The notes under the pieces were generated by a model. It had not been told where the DNA came from. It saw nothing but the letters and a program-made list of their open reading frames with translations, and did not search any database. From Balanoglossus misakiensis (Eukaryota > Animalia > Hemichordata), in assembly GCA_040954595.2 (NCBI GenBank), contig CM082586.2:4223125-4287124 (forward strand): DNA of 64,000 nucleotides. The letters run 5' to 3'. A program made the translations under genes and the position numbers. Shown piece by piece: positions 62,725 through 64,000 of the stretch. The number at the start of each line of letters is the position of its first letter. Position 1 is the first letter of the stretch.

Positions 62725-64000
62725 CTGCCAAAAATCAATTTGTAGATTTTTAAAATGTTGGTAATAAAATAATTACTTATTGCTCTAAGTGAAAATACAG
62801 TATTATATTTAAATATGTTATTTTGTATAATACTCTTACCTATCACCAATATAAAGCTTGGATACATATTTGGAATTGGATAATTCGGCCTGTCTTGGTG
62901 TCATTGCTGAAATTAAAATTAAAATACATTAAAAATATTTTATACATTTCTCGACAAAAATGAATGACCTCTACACATGGAGGTCCCACTGTTCAAAGTT
63001 GAAGTGTGTGTGTTCTGCCTGTAGTCTGTCATTAAATTTGATGTGCTTCAGTGAATGACCAAAAGATTTTCTCATAATGGGTGTACATGTACTGGAGTTG
63101 TTGACATTGTTAACGAACAAAAAGACCCTCGCTGAACTTGATGTCCTGTTTCTGGTGGTGGATACCAACACTCCTTCGTACATTATTAACTTTCCCACAA
63201 CAATTCTACAAAGCCTCCCTGGGCCTTTGTGGGCGATTTTAATACTAGTATATTACAACAGGCTGGACATCACAATAGTTCCCATCAACATAATAGACCA
63301 GAGTGTGTGTACAATGGAGTTTTTCGTTTGAGGCACAGCCACACACTGTGTGGAATTTGGTTTAATGGAGTTCAGATTGTTGAGTAGTACTACTCAATAC
63401 CTGGGGGACCAGTCGTGTAACGCACTGCAGAGTTGTGTGTTTTTCTCTTCATGTGACTTGCATGGTTGTGTTTAAAACACAAGATCAAAACCCTTCTTAA
63501 CAGCAAATGGATGAGAAACATCAAAATGTTGATGTTACATACAATACTTGTGTATGTGGATGACCCCAATTGTGTGTTTATCACATGGAAATCAACAGGT
63601 GTCCATATCCGAAAGATCAGCACATATACTAATAGAATTAGGGCGTGCAATTGAAATAAATTTCAGGTACTCTTTGCGTGAGTAACTGTTGTCCATGCCT
63701 ATCTGTCCCAATAGTTTACCTTTAAATATCTTGGAAGTTTGGTTTTATACCTACATTCTGCAACCGCAAATCAATAAATCGTTGGCTGGTTATTTTCAGA
63801 GCAACAACCTAAACACTGAATATTTTTTCCTGCTTGTAATTGTAAACAACAACTGCGCTGTTGTATTCTCTTGCACTATAACCCTATTCAACATGGTGCC
63901 ATAAAACACTTGTTTATACACTGCAGGTACAATTTACAGACTGCGTTTAAACCTTATCATATCGATTTATAACGACCTCTTGAAAAAGGTCAACCCAGGT

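Noticed and set aside
62900-64000. Possible degraded transposon or further THEG exon
   Set aside because: No THEG repeat, RT or transposase motif recognisable in the frames examined.

Overview
Eukaryotic (animal, probably marine invertebrate; organism is inference only) genomic DNA with spliceosomal introns. Positions 1-33 kb have no convincing long coding sequence. They hold microsatellites, MITE-like elements, RFX/CTCF-like motifs, a densely base-paired ~250-nt element and several candidate short first exons on the minus strand. Positions 33.6-64 kb are gene-dense: a 9-exon RIG-I-like receptor (RLR, minus strand, ~1060 aa), a head-to-head 13-exon CYP3-clan cytochrome P450 (~523 aa), three BTB-C2H2 zinc-finger genes, three extra zinc-finger exons (two symmetric cassettes and a terminal exon, including a 934-bp tandem duplication), and the last exon of a THEG/SPMAP2-like gene. 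The most striking observation is the RLR architecture. It has a single CARD, and where vertebrate RIG-I/MDA5 carry CARD2 it has a low-complexity linker with a RHIM-like motif (VQVGSGNTL) and a PPPY motif. This suggests an RNA sensor coupled directly to RHIM amyloid signalling. Also notable: a P450 with a remodelled I-helix (ATYHTT instead of AGYETT) and a possible constant-BTB/variable-zinc-finger splicing locus. All gene models were built by eye from splice signals, phase and the ORF track; no searches were run.
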